A stretch of 50,927 bases of DNA, the filler included, from Streblomastix strix (Eukaryota), in NCBI GenBank assembly GCA_008636045.1. It is 3 parts of 3 records of this genome, joined end to end, with 100 filler letters (N's around TTAATTAATTAA, not from the genome) between each part and the next. Parts side by side here need not be neighbours in the genome. Positions count along the whole stretch, not along the records: positions 1 to 16,917 come from SNRW01000748.1; 2 more parts are not named here. One strand, 5' to 3'. Under the pieces are notes generated by a model that did no database searches, had not been told where the DNA came from, and saw only the letters and a program-made list of their open reading frames with translations. Shown here one piece after another: positions 1-14,500 of the stretch. The number at the start of each line of letters is the position of its first letter. The first letter of the stretch is position 1. The position numbers and the translations under genes were made by a program.

Positions 1-3000
1 TTTATTGATGCTTATCCTCCAATTATCTAAATTAGGTTATGTTTAAGTTCTGGTAATGGAGCATTTCCACTTTAAGCAAATATGCAACTTTCAATAGTGA
101 GTTAAGCATCATTAATATTTGTTGTATCTCCTGTTAATAATATCAGTGGTGAAGTTGAAGTAGCAAATGAATTATCCAGTTTCAAATGATATAATCCAAG
201 TTTTATTCCATCACCATTCACATTGAATAATGTATTTGATTCTGCATTACTACCAATCTTATATATTTTATCAATGGATAGAGTTTTTCCTTCTCCTCCA
301 TTTTCTGATTAAATTGCAATATTATTACCAATAATTGTATCTGTATTAATATTAATCATAGTATCAATCATATCATCTTCAAGTAGAATCATCGTTGCAA
401 TGTTAGTATTTGGAACATATTATCCTTCAAAAAGTATTGGATTAAGTAAAAAAGCATAATTAATTGTTCTGCATGGATTTGGTTTCAATCCACATGATAA
501 TCTATCAATTCCTTTGTTCATGGTTGAAATATGCCATTAATTACTTGAATCTCTTATATAATATTCAAGTTCACTTATTTTATCTTTTAAATCTTCAGAA
601 GAAGCAGAATTAAATTAATTTGGTGAACCTCTGTATCCCATTAGTAAAGAAATATCTGATAATTCAGTGGTATAATCTTTACTTCTAACATATTATCCTC
701 TCGGATTTCCAAGTCTGCAAAATTATCGAAGTTCATCCATTACAAAAAATAATCCTTTATCTCCTTAATAAGCTTCACAATTAATGTATTCTACTTATCC
801 AAAATTAATTCCATTACTAATATTATTCCAGTTAATACATGAAATGAAAATTCCACTTCCATATCCTTTATGAATATTTGAAATATACGGATTTAAAGCT
901 TAACATGAATCAAATGTTGTACTTTATACTGAAATTTAGCTTTGAGTTGAAAAATCAATACTAATGTATATTCCTCCACCGTTTCCATTGGAACTATTGC
1001 AATTAGTAAATGAGCTTGAATCTTAAATTGTTAATTTTCCTGTTCCATCAATTGAAGAATAAATTCCTCCTCCATTCAATCCAGAACATCCACTCATTGA
1101 AATTTAATTCATTTCGATTTCTCCCTAATTAATAATACAATATATTCCTCCACCGTTCTCATCTGCAACACACCTTGTGAACTGAGTTCCATTAAATGTT
1201 TATTTTTATGTGCTTTGAGAAATTATTTGAATTCCTCCACCGTTTATTCCTTTACATTCATTAAATAATATTTCATTAATTTCAACAATTCCATCATTTG
1301 ATATATCAATATATATCCCTCGTCCTTATCCAAATTAGGTTTGCTTATTTCCTTCCTAATCTTTCATAAACCCTTCAAATTATATTTCATCTTTCACTAT
1401 CAGCTTACTATTTATTCCTGAAATAGTGGAATATAATGCTGCTCCTAAATCTAATCGAGCTTTACAACATACAAAAGAGCATGTTCCATCAATTGTTAAT
1501 ACACCACCATATTATATTTAAGCATTAATTCCACTTCCTTAGTCAGATTCACATTGAATGAATGATGTTTAAGAAATTGAAACTGTTCGTTAATTCTTTA
1601 TTATTAAACTTATCCCTCCAGCTTAATATGATTATTATGAAATGCATTTGATGAAATCTGTATTTGATATTGATAATTATCCTGAACTTCCTCCAATTGT
1701 TGCTTCAATTGTTCCACCAACTTTAGATGTTGAATCATCGCTTGTTGTTCTTAGTATATTATCAATTTAACTATTAATAATATTTACTGATCCTGCATTT
1801 TCACTAATAAATATAATTGGAGAATCTGAAATTGATATATCACTAATTTCTAAGTTATTTATATTCAGACTTCCACCAATTAATTCAACTAGTCCAGTTA
1901 ATATTAAATAATCTGGGAGACTGTCAAACATCTTCATAATACAATTACTAATTGAAATTTATGCTGAAGTAGCTGATCCTGATATTATATATCCAGTTGA
2001 TGCATTTTCATTAATAATTAATGTTATTGTATTAAATGAGAGTGTTCCAGTGGTTAATAAGAATTTTCCATTATCTTCAACATTCAATATTGATTAAATA
2101 TCAGTTACAGTTCCAGATTCAGTAAGTGAATTTTATATTTGAACTTCATCATCTTAATCGAATTCTATTTATTCATTCAATATATATCCATTAATAATTC
2201 CAATAATTCTTTAAGTAGCTGACGGATGTTGAATTTCACATTACGAAAGAGAATAATCAATTGTTAAGCATGGCCATCCTAAATGTCCACAGAAAATATT
2301 ATCATTTCCCGATCCAATCTCGAATGGAGATATAGGATTATTAACATGAAATACTAATGGATTAACTGTTGTATATACATAGTACAGTGGAATTGTAAGA
2401 GTTCCAATAACACTATCATATCCCATCAGATTATACATATCAGTTTCTGGATTTATTGCTCCAAGTTTTATTCGTGTTGGATCTCCAATTGGAACTGCAG
2501 CACTAAGATCGTATGCATTAATAAATAAACTCTTTCCATACAATGCATTGTTACCAGTTAAATAACTTGCTCCTGTTAAATCATATTTAGTTTCTCCATC
2601 TGTTTATATATCAAGATATATAGCTCCTCCAAGTCCTGAGTCACTTGGAACAGTGCAACTTGTGAATGTTGATGTACTTCCTGTTATTGAAATGCTTCCT
2701 GAAGTACTGCTCAATGTGCCACTTATTACACCTCCATTTCCATTTGCAATGGTATTTTAAATGTTTGTGAATATACATCTATCAATATTAAGATTTTCAG
2801 TAGAAGAATATGATATTAATGATCCACCATTAAGAGTAATATCACTGGCTGAAAATGAGTTCAGTGTTGTTGTTCCTGAATTAATTTATATCATATTCCC
2901 AGTATCAATAACCACTGATGTCATTTATCCTCCTGTAAATGATAATGTTCCTCCATCTTATTTAATTAAACTTCCTCCACTTTTTGCAAAGCTTTCAAAT

Positions 3001-6000
3001 TTAAAATCAATGATGCTTACACTTCCTAAAGTTAGTTATATAAGCCCTCTTGAAATGGTTTCAGTATCCTGATGAAATTCACTATTTAAAATTGATATTG
3101 ATGATGTTCCTAATGTAGATTATATTATATAATCACTGCTTGATCCTCCACTTTATATTAAGAAGTTTAGATATTTAAATTCAACAATTTACCCTGAAAC
3201 AACAAATCTTCCACTACTTGTAATTTTCATATTAGAGAGTATTGTTGTTGTTTAATTATTTGAAGGATTAAGTGAATTCTATACTAAAATACTTACTGAT
3301 GAAAATGTTAATTATTCACTGTATTAATATTCACTTATAACTCCAATAATTCTTTAAGTTGCAGATGGATGTTGAATCGTGCTTTGTGTAAGAGAATATT
3401 CAAAGGTCAAACAAGGCCATAATGAATGTCCACATCCAATATTATTATTTCCAGCATTTGTTCCACTAGCTATATTTACATGATATACACTTTCTCCAAC
3501 TGCAGTATACATATAATAAAGAGGAATTGCTATTGATGTAACACCATTATCATATCCCATAAGATTATACATATCAGTTTCTGGATTAATAGCTCCTAAT
3601 TTAATCCGTGCAGCATCATCTATTGGAACAACAGTTCTTAAATTGATTGCATTAATAAATAAACTCTTTCCATATTTCGCATCGTTTTCAGTTAAATAAC
3701 TTGCACCTGTTAAATCAAATTTGGTCTCTGTACCACTTTATAGATCAAGATATATAGCTCCACCAAGTGATGTACTAGTTGGAACAGTGCAGCTTGTGAA
3801 AGTAGTTTTATTAGTTCCAGTTATTGATAAACACACATTAGAACTTGCACCACTTATTACTTAGCAATATATAGCACCCCCAACTCCTGTTGTACCTTAA
3901 CATCCAGTGAATACAGTTTGATTAGTAATAGTCAATTTGCCAGTTCCGCTCAATTTAGTATAAATTCCTCCTCCATTGGTCGCTTTGCATACATTCATGG
4001 TGACTCTGTTCAAATCAATTGATCCTCCACTTATAATTGAATAGATCGCACCACCATATCCAGCACTTGTACATGAAGTGAATGAGCATTGATTGCTTAT
4101 AGTCAATTTACTGCTTCCGCTTAATTCAGCGATAATAACAGCTCCATTCCCATTTGCATCAGTTCTTTCTATAGAAGAAAATGCACTATCAATTATATCT
4201 ACATTTCCAGCTCCATTCGCAATTTTAATAATACTCTACCCTGCAATCTTGATTGTTGATACAGTAATTTTATTTATACTAAGAGTTCCACTGTTTGTTT
4301 ATACTAATCCTGTCTTAACTGATGATGATCCACTTGTCATTATCATCTTACAGTTAGTTAACACAATCTAAGTTAAAGTACTCTTTCCAGTTATTACATA
4401 ATCAGATGTTGCATTACTACTAACAGAGAAAGTTATTCTATCAATTGAGAGCGATTATGCAGTTATGGTGAATTTTCCAGTGCTTTCAATCAATAAAACT
4501 GAATTATCTGTCTATTGAACATCTGCATTGGTGAGTTAGTTGAATATTTTCATATCTTTACCTGACTGCGCTAATGTCTATTCTTATGATATTTTATATC
4601 CTGTTATAATTCCCAATTTCTTAGCAGTTGCAGTACCGCTTCTACTGATAGCATAATTCACTGTTAAACACGGATGCAACAAATTCCCACAGAATTTATT
4701 ATCATTTCCATTGTTGGGTGTAGAATCCAAATTGGCTAAATGATAAATGTCCAATGGAATCGAATATACGAAATATAGTGGAATAGCATTTGTAGTAATT
4801 CCTAAATCATATCCCATCAGATTCTGCAGATTAGCTTTTTCATAACTATCTAATCCAGCACCAATTTTACTTCCTTGATTTAATGGTACTGCAACTTATA
4901 GATCACCTTATGCTTTAATGAATAAATTCTTTCCATATAAAGCATTATTCAAACTATTAGTAGTAATTGAATAACTTGCACCTGTTAAATCAAACTTAGT
5001 CTCTGTACCACTTGCTAGATCAAGATATATAGCTCCACCAAGTCCTGAATCAGTTGGAAGCGCTTAACAGTTTGCGAAAGTTGTTTTTGTGGTTCCGGTT
5101 ATTGATAAACCTCCAGAAGTACCACTTTTAATTTATGCATATATTGCTCCACCATTTCCAGCAGTGGCTTAACATCCCGAGAATGAACATCCATCTTTAA
5201 TAGTCAATTTACCAGATCCACTTATTTCTGTATAAATAAAACCTCCATATGTTCCTTTGCAATCCTACATAGTGACTTAACTCAATTCAACTTTCCCATT
5301 ATTAACAATTTCTAAGTTCATGACCCCTCCATTGCTAGCAGAGAGACATCTTAAGAATGTTGTACCAGTATTAACAATCAATGATCCACTAATGGTTGCT
5401 TGTATTAGTTTTGAATCTAATGTATAAGATATATCTGCTGAATAACTACCAAAAGTGCTTGAAGTGATACTCACGATGACTGCAGATGAACCTATATTAA
5501 AAAGACTAGAATTTGTGGTTTAAATTGAATTTACTATTAAATTTGTTATAGTTAAGTTACCATATTCAGCATTTACAAACTTATGTTTGAATTAGCTATA
5601 ACCTAACAAAATTAACTTACAATTCAATATTGAAACTTTTGATGTTGCATCGACCAAATCAATTACTTATCCTCCAATTCCGCCTCTATCATCAAAGTGC
5701 AAGTCTTAGAAAATAACTTCGTATGAACAAGCAAATGAATTCGTGCCATAGTTTTAAATGTGACTATAGTCGTCTGTTAAATTTGTTTATCTCTGTATCT
5801 GGGTGATTTTACCTGCTTCACCTATACTTATTTATTCCTACATCCAATGTCCACTGATAATTCCAGCTTTTATAGGATTCGCACTTGATGGGTTTAGACT
5901 TATTGCATAAGATATACTTTAACAGGGATATTGCAAATGTCCACAACCAGCGTTATTAATCCCTTATTCTGCGCTAGTATAAAAAGAATGATAAACTCCC

Positions 6001-6752
6001 TGTTCGCGAGCTGAATATACATAATAAAGAGGAGCAGGTTCTTAGCCAATATCATTTCCCATCAGATTATTAAGATTAGCAATTTCATATGTATAGACTT
6101 TAGCTCCAACTTTGCTTCCTTGACCGATTGGAACTGCATTTTTAAGCTAACCATGTGAATTAATGAAAAGATTATTACCCCCCTCAGATGCAATATTCAG
6201 AGTATTAGTGTTTTATGAGTAATCAGCTCCACCTAAATTAAATTTGTCTTCAGTTCCACTCTCTAAACCAAGAAATATAGCTCCTCCAAAAGTTGAAGCC
6301 TCGCATGAACTGAAAGTGGTTTTAATAGATCCTTCTATAATTAATCCATAAGTGTTTGCATCAGATGAATTAGCCATTATTGCTCCTCCACCTCCATCTA
6401 AACTTTTACATCTAATGAATATGCATGAGTCAATAGTAAGTTTGCTTTAAGCACCTCCGAAATAGACAAAAATAGCTCCGCCTTCTTTGGCTCTGCAATT
6501 GTTGAATGAACAATTGATTATTTAGCATGATTATTGTTACCATAATGCCATGAAAAGTGCACCACCACTTGTATATTACGGATCATAACAATTTTCGAAG
6601 GTGCAATTCCTGAAAATATTAATATTTCCTTCACCAGAGACTGCGGCATTCTATCTTGCACTATAATGAGAATTCTCAGATAAAAATGTAGCGGCTGACA
6701 CATCTAAGAACTAATTGCTAACTATGATAGCTATTAGAAGCAGGTAAATCAT
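1..6752 (-). CDS. Giant intronless secreted/surface repeat protein (beta-helix/polymorphic-membrane-protein-like GGAI repeats), 3'-partial, >2,250 aa
   Basis: ATG at 6752 gives the signal-like MIYLLLIAIIVSNQFLDVSA. Five ORF-track fragments (2241-2543, 3354-3572, 3897-4106, 4584-4817, 5277-5474) share its frame and join when TAA/TAG=Gln. Recurrent blocks: GGAIYLDL..GTETKFDLTGASY, YGK.LFINA, NLMGYD..IPLYY, G.DN..CGH..WPCLT. Confidence 0.85.
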
Positions 6753-8578
6753 CCCTTTTGATTTAAATTGTTTATATGATTATTTATTGGTGTTATTTAA
6801 TCTGTTGGATATGATATTATAAATAGTATGGAGAAGAATAATAATAATTGAAAGATGTGTGTTCATATGATTAATTTATAATCCTTTTCTATTTTAATTC
6901 TTAAAATTTAATAGCTTGTTATCAACATGTTCGGTGTAACTATTATCTTTTTATAAATCTTTATTTAAAGATGATGTTTATTAAAGTAGCCACATTAGAC
7001 AGCAAATAGTGGTAAGCGATACTAAGAGTATTAATGATCTTGCGAAGTGATTGAAATTACGTGATTAGGAAAATCCAGTTTCAGCGTAAATATAATTTGT
7101 TCCTAATTCGAAATAATATATAAATAAACAATTGGCGAAATAAAAATGTCAAACCTTTAAAAGTTAGCCAGTATTAACTTGAGATGAAACTAATTTTATT
7201 TTATATTTTCAGGAAAATGAATGCGGTAGCTACAAATAGAGTAAGGTAGACGAGAATGTGTGTGTAAATATTTGAATTCGCCATGAGTAATTGCAGAAAC
7301 GAGCGTTTGACCAAATTAAGCAAGAATGAAATCTTTCTCTGAAAAAACTCGTTTTTTATCAGTTAAATGTCTAGCATTTTATTCTTTCAAATATAAAACT
7401 GTGAATGAATGAATAATTATAAAGAATAAATGCATTACAAACTTAGATATTTCCTGAATAATGAATAACTAAATAAAATTATAAAATTATTTTTCGGACA
7501 AATAAAATAATTTTGTATTTTTAATTCATTTTCATTTAAAAAAGGTTAGAAAATTAAATTTTAAGCTTAAACTCCGTAAAACAGTAAATTAATTGAAAAA
7601 AATCTATTTGATTAAAATTTGATTTAATCCATATAAAAACTAAATATCATTATTGATAATAATATTAATAGCAATAATTTTAAATATACAACAATAATTA
7701 ATAAAAATTTTATTTAATAGCAAATTTTATGCAATATGGGGTTGAAAAATAGAAAATCAATTTTTTTATACAGTAGAACAGTTTGAATTGGTTTAAAATA
7801 TGTTCATTCATTAAACTTTTACTCAATAATACATTTCAAATATCAATAACAGTAATTTATTCAATAATTATCACGAATTAGCAATTTTTCTTGTTTGTCA
7901 TATTTTACTCAAACAATTACAACTTAATATTTTAAAATTTAATCAATTTACAAATAAATTATACAAATTATCATTTATTTCTTTATCTCCTTTTGTTTAT
8001 TGTTTATTAGCGTATTATACGCTCCTCTGCATCGTTGACATAAAATTATAACTAAAATGAACTCTAAAAATAATAAAAATCGTCAACAATGCATTCGAAT
8101 GACTTCAAATAGTAAAAAAATAATAAAAAAATCTTATCACAAATGTTTCATTTCAATGATTTAAGAAAGCAAATTGGAAAAAATTAAAATAATAAGAAAT
8201 TAATAAGCGAGCAAATTGCGTTTTACCGATTATCTCAGCTTAAAAACTCTTACTATTCTAATCCATTCCAACTTCTTCCTTCTATATTATTAAATCTTAA
8301 TCATGTTTCTATATCAATCTCAAAATACATATTTAGTAATAGTTTCATCTCTTATATGCATCTCTTGGCGAATAAGAATAAATAAATATAAAGAAAATAT
8401 TGTTTAAACTTCTCACAAAGAAAAATTAAAAAAAATTAAATTAAAGCATCTCGTTGAAAATAAAATAAGAAGAAATAAAATCTCTCAAAAAATAAATGAA
8501 AATAAAAAAGATTAATAAATATATAAATAAGCTCATTATTTATATCCATCATTCTTAATTCATCCTATCAATTCATTA

Positions 8579-11500
8579 TCAAGCTTTGATCGGCTGTTGT
8601 GCTTTTACAATCTCCTCTGTGATATCTTCAGCTACAGCTCCAATAAAAGTCTGTTGTGCGAGTTTGTTCTAAACTGCTTTGCGAAGAATATTGCATCCAG
8701 AGCTTGATGAGCACGATTGGCATGCGACTGGTGAACATCCTGAACGGAAGCTTTCAAGAGATGATGAAGATGATGAGGAATATTATAGGTCATCATCACC
8801 GATAAGATCCTGGGAACGAATGAAATAAATAAAAAAGGAATATGTGAAATTGTTGTTAATAAAAGGAAGATGGGAATAATCAATCAATAAATATTAAGGA
8901 TGAATAAATAAATAAATAAAAATAACATCAAATAAAATATAAGTAATTCATTTAATTAATTAATTTAATTTATAATATACTTCTAAGTCTCCAACACGGC
9001 AAAGTGTCTTCTGTGGTCCTTGATTCTGTCTTTCTGGCATTGAATTCAACATAAGCCTTATTCTGTTCAGTTGATTCATCCTGTAATGAAAACAAATTAA
9101 TTAAATAAAGAGTAAATAAATATATAATTTATAAAAGTTTATATAATTTTAAACTTAAAAATGAATTAAATTTTAAATTCATTTTTTTTACTAACCTTGA
9201 AGAACCAGCATCAAAGTCCAATACGCAAACATTTAACTTCGGAAACATCGCCTTGAGCTTCTTCATGGCGCCTCTGCAGCCTAGGTGCACTGGCATACTT
9301 TTTTTTTGACCCCATTACAACACATTACAACACATTTAAATGCAATACATATAGTACAAACCGATAATAAAACAAAATAAATATTAATTTCTAATATAAA
9401 AATTATGCAGACCAATCAAATGGTGTTGTGCAGATGAAGTTGTCAATCCCTTGATCAAGTAAGAAGATAAACTATGATGTATAGAACCATCCTTCGCCTG
9501 TTTTATATTAAATATTACAAAGAATACAAAAAAATGAAATATTCAAAACATGAATATTAATTATATATTAAATTGAATTATTTATTTATATTAATTACCT
9601 GAGATATGTGTTGCTGGTACAATCGACCAAGTTCTCTCTAGAACAGTTTCCATATGTCGCATTGGATCAAATCTTAAGTAAAATAAATATTTAAATAAAA
9701 AAAATATTTTATATTCAAATTAAATATCAATCTATCCATTAAATATAACCCTAAATTAAAACCATACCTTTTACTGTTCTAGAAAGCATCAATTCCCCAT
9801 CCAATAAACATTCTAATCATCTTCTGCGAAACATATCCTCCAATCTTCATTGCATATGGGAATGAATATGTGCTGTACTGATTCATGGCATTGTATGAGG
9901 GTGCTTTTAATAGTAATATAATATAATATTATTGAAATATAATATATGAAAAGTAAATAAATAAATATGTTAAAAAAAGTACTAATCTTTAAAATTGTTT
10001 AACAATCATATAAATAAATAATATAAACTAAATTAATTCAATTCTATTTAATATTATAATATAATATAATAATACCAATTGCATATCCATAGAAATCCAA
10101 GATTGTGATTTCAACTCCTTCTTCATCAACTAAATAATCTTTCATCCAGTCATAGAACTCAGGTTCAACTTTGCACATGGTTCCTGAACGAGTATTAATA
10201 TGGATATAAGAATAATTGATAATTAAAAGCAAAATATTAAATAAATCATATAACTCTTCTATCAAACAAGAAACAAATAGCATTAATATTCAAATTATAT
10301 TCCATCAAACCGATAATACCAACTCGTGGTTTAGTTCTCTCCTCAGAGACAAGCGGAAGTTCTTCGAAATCTTTGACCATCGCTTTGATGAATTTAGCTG
10401 TTCCAAATATTGGTCCATGTTCAACATGTTCTTGATATCGATCATACCACAGTTGCCAGAGTTTCTTAGTGGACCCTGGAACCTGAGATATTGGAATATG
10501 AGAATATGTAAATAGATATATTAAAATATAATATTAAAATATAATATTAATTAAATAGTTATTTATTTTAATTATATTCATTAACATTCACTTTCACTAT
10601 TATTAATCTAAACAAACCTTCTCATATGGTTTGCATCTGTGGAAACATCTTGTGAGTGAATCTCCAATCACGAAAGCGAAGTTGACTCGCATTGTTTGTC
10701 CAATAGACATCTCTGGGTTTACTAAATAGTTGTAATTGAGCTCTGTAACACCAACCTGTTATAAAATAAATACGATAATAAAAATTTAAATTAAACATAA
10801 ATTTATTTATGAACAATTGATAAATATATAAATGTAATTAATTCTACATACTTACGGAAATCCTGCTTGAATTAAGGCACGACGAATGTAAAAGCCTATG
10901 CAACGAGAGGAACAACCTAAATTTTGTAAAAATAAATAATATAATATTATTTCAATAGATAAAAAAATTAATAATATATTATATATAAATAATAAATTTT
11001 TAATAATTTATATTTATTTCATAAAAATATTAATATTTATTTCGTACTTCCTCCCATGTGAATCCAGCAGAAATGCAGCAAATTTGGATCAACAACCTTC
11101 TTATAAATCGATAGAAGCAAAGCACCAACAATCAAAACTGATCCATAGCAACCTAAATATTGAGATGAATTAAATAGAAATGTTAATTGGATTATTTAAT
11201 ATGAAGATATTTATTAATTATTAGTTATTAACTAGTAATTTGTTATTCATACAATCATTGTTTACGTATCTAAATTATATAAAGATATAGAAATAGAAAA
11301 TTCATTAAATATTAATTTAATAAACTCAAATAAATAATCTAATTCATTTATTAATTTAACAAATAATTAGTCTATTAATTTATACCTCAATCCAACATCT
11401 ACCATCTCTTATTGTGTGAAGTCGGGGCACACTTAGAAGTTGTATCCAGCACTGTTGATTCCTCTGCAATAGCCTGGACCTGTAAAATTGAATGGAATTA

Positions 11501-14500
11501 TTAATAAAGAAAAAAAAAGAGATAATTTTGATAATAATTAATTATAAATTGATATTCAAGTTTGGCAGTATTTTTCTTTCGTGATATTTAACTTTTCATA
11601 TAAATTTAGAAATATAAACATATAAATATCCCACACCATGCTCAAAACTGAAGTTATGAATAAGCACAGTATATGGTTTCTTTGGTATTTTCCCCATCCC
11701 TTATGTGATAGAAGAGTCAATCAGCTGTGGTCCCAAAGGTTGCCCGTCATACGAACCTCCACAAGTATCGCATTTCAGCTCCTTTGCCTACAGTGATTCA
11801 TTTATTGGACTGACCCTGACATCTTTCATTTGTGTCTGAGCTAATTTGGCCTGTTCTGCAGATGGGTATCCGTATGGGATTAATTTGACTTGTTGTACTT
11901 ATGGTGCTTTTTTATTATTATTGAGTGATTCAGAGGATTGGTCGAATTGGACTTGATTATTAGTTGTTGGTGGTGGTGTTAAGGAAGGAGATGGAGAAAT
12001 TTCAGGTGAATTCTGAATATCCTTTTCATTTTGTGTTGATTTTTCACCATCATTATTTTAATTAATAGGAGACAAAAGCGCGTTTCTCTTCTTCTGTGCT
12101 GAGATCAGAGCCAATTGTTGTTGGTGTGCAGCGACTAACGAACGAATACGGACACGAACGCTTCCGATATTCAGAGCTTGGTCGATCTTCACATTTGCGT
12201 ACATGCGGCCGTTAACGCGGAGGAAGCTCTGGCATTGCTCGTGGCAGGCTGTGGAAGTGTATGTGCGTATATATATAGAGTATATAAATTAAGTAATAGG
12301 TAATAATATATATAATAAAAGTAAATTAAATTATTATTATAAAAATAAATAATAATTATTACTATAAAAATAAATAATAATTATTACTATAAAAATAAAT
12401 AATAATTATTACTATAAAAATAAATAATAATTATTACTATAAAAATAAATAATAATTATTACTATAAAAATAAATAATAATTATTACTATAAAAATAAAT
12501 AATAATTATNNNNNNNNNNATTACTATAAAAATAAATAATAATTATTACTATAAAAATAAATAATAATTATTACTATAAAAATAAATAATAATTATTACT
12601 ATAAAAATAAATAATAATTATTACTATAAAAATAAATAATAATTATATTACCTGGTGTTACTCCACATCCAAATGATGAAAGATATAAGAATATGAAGTC
12701 CTCCTGATTGGCAACGAACTTCGCAGCATCAATTATACGACCGTCAGTTGAATACCTTTATTAAATAATATGTGTATGAACATTTAATAATAAAATAAAC
12801 AATTATTATTTATAAAATTATTTATTATATATTTATATTATAATTTTTATAATAAATTCAAACATGTTGAGAATTTGATATGGTCTAATTATGTCTGTTC
12901 CTAAATGTGCAATAGAGTCAGCAGTTATAACATTGTATCCTTCCTATATATAAAAATATATGATAATTAATTTATTGTTTAAAATAGTATTATTCATAAT
13001 TAATATATTTTAATTGTAGTCTAATTATATATTATATTCAGTTTATACCTATAATAACATTGGTGTAATTGAACCGCAGTGGATTCCATCATATTGATAA
13101 GGATATGCAGCGAGTACTGCAATTGGCTGATGACGAGCACGAGACTATGTTTATTAATAATAATTAAAAAAAGAATAAATAAATGAAAAGATATCAATAA
13201 ATTAAAATAATAACTAAAATTATATAAATAATAATTATTCCATAATAAAATTTACTTTCATACTTCGGCAATTGTATCTTCTGCCTTCTTTTTAGCTTCA
13301 TCACGCCATTCTTTGTATGCTTTGCATCCTGAAATATGAAAATATTAAAATAAATAAATTATTTATTTATTTAATTGATATGAAATTATTATTAATAAAT
13401 GAAATATTTATTTATTTATTTAATTATTGCACCTTCTAGATATGCACTCTGAGCTTCTTTATCTTTTATGTCTGGCCATTCTGCTCGTACTTTATCTAAT
13501 CAACAATAAATAAATAATATGATTTCATTATAATTATCTTTCAATTTCTAAATAAGTAAATTATTTATCAATCAATCCTCTTTATATTAATTAATAAATA
13601 AATTCCTCATATATATTAATTTATCAATCATTCAATCTCTATTTTTATTCATACCAGAGAATCTCTTTGCACAAACAACATCATCATAAACTGGAAGAGC
13701 AGGTGAGAAGAATTTAATCCCAAATTTGTCGAATTCAAATGAATTGTTGATCATAGCACCTGTTTGAAATGGAAATATGAATTAGATAATGAAATGAATA
13801 AATGTAAATAATATAATGGATAAGTTTAAGTATTATTTAGAATAATAAAATTTTTATTATTGTTTTTATTATTTGTTATTATATTTCTGATTCAAACCAT
13901 ATGTGGATAGAAGTGCGCATTGATAATTTTCGATTCCTTGTTTGGAATCTTTGCGACCATACAATTCCTATAAATAAAATTAATGATAAAGTAGGAATGA
14001 AATTATATATATAAAATTCATAATTTAATAGTAATATTTCATATAAAAAATATTCAATCTCAATCATTCTAATTTCCTTCATACTTGAGGGATGAAAATT
14101 GTACCAACTTTTCTTTCAATGAGATCTGATACATGACCATGAGTTAGTTTTGCTGGGAAACATGCAGCTTCTGATGGAATAGTTTCCATTCCCTGATTAA
14201 TTAATAATATAATAAACAATGAAATTAGAATAATAATGAATGAAATTAGAATAATTAATTCAAATGACATAAATTTTATAGAAATTATTTTTCATCAATC
14301 TATTTAAATACCTTCAAATTCAACTTATCTGTTGATTCTGCAGAAAGAATTACTCTGAATCCAAGTTTAGTGAATGCAGTGAACCATAATGGATATTCCT
14401 CCCAGAAGAATAGAGCTCTGAAAATATATTGGATATATCGAATAAATAATACAATAAAGATAATTTATGAATCAAATTAAAAAATAAAGATAATTTATGA

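Noticed and set aside
6900..8500. Possible small genes in the intergenic region
   Set aside because: No consistent exon chain or recognisable motif.
12331..12646. CRISPR-like array
   Set aside because: Head-to-tail repeats with no spacers, inside a eukaryotic intron.
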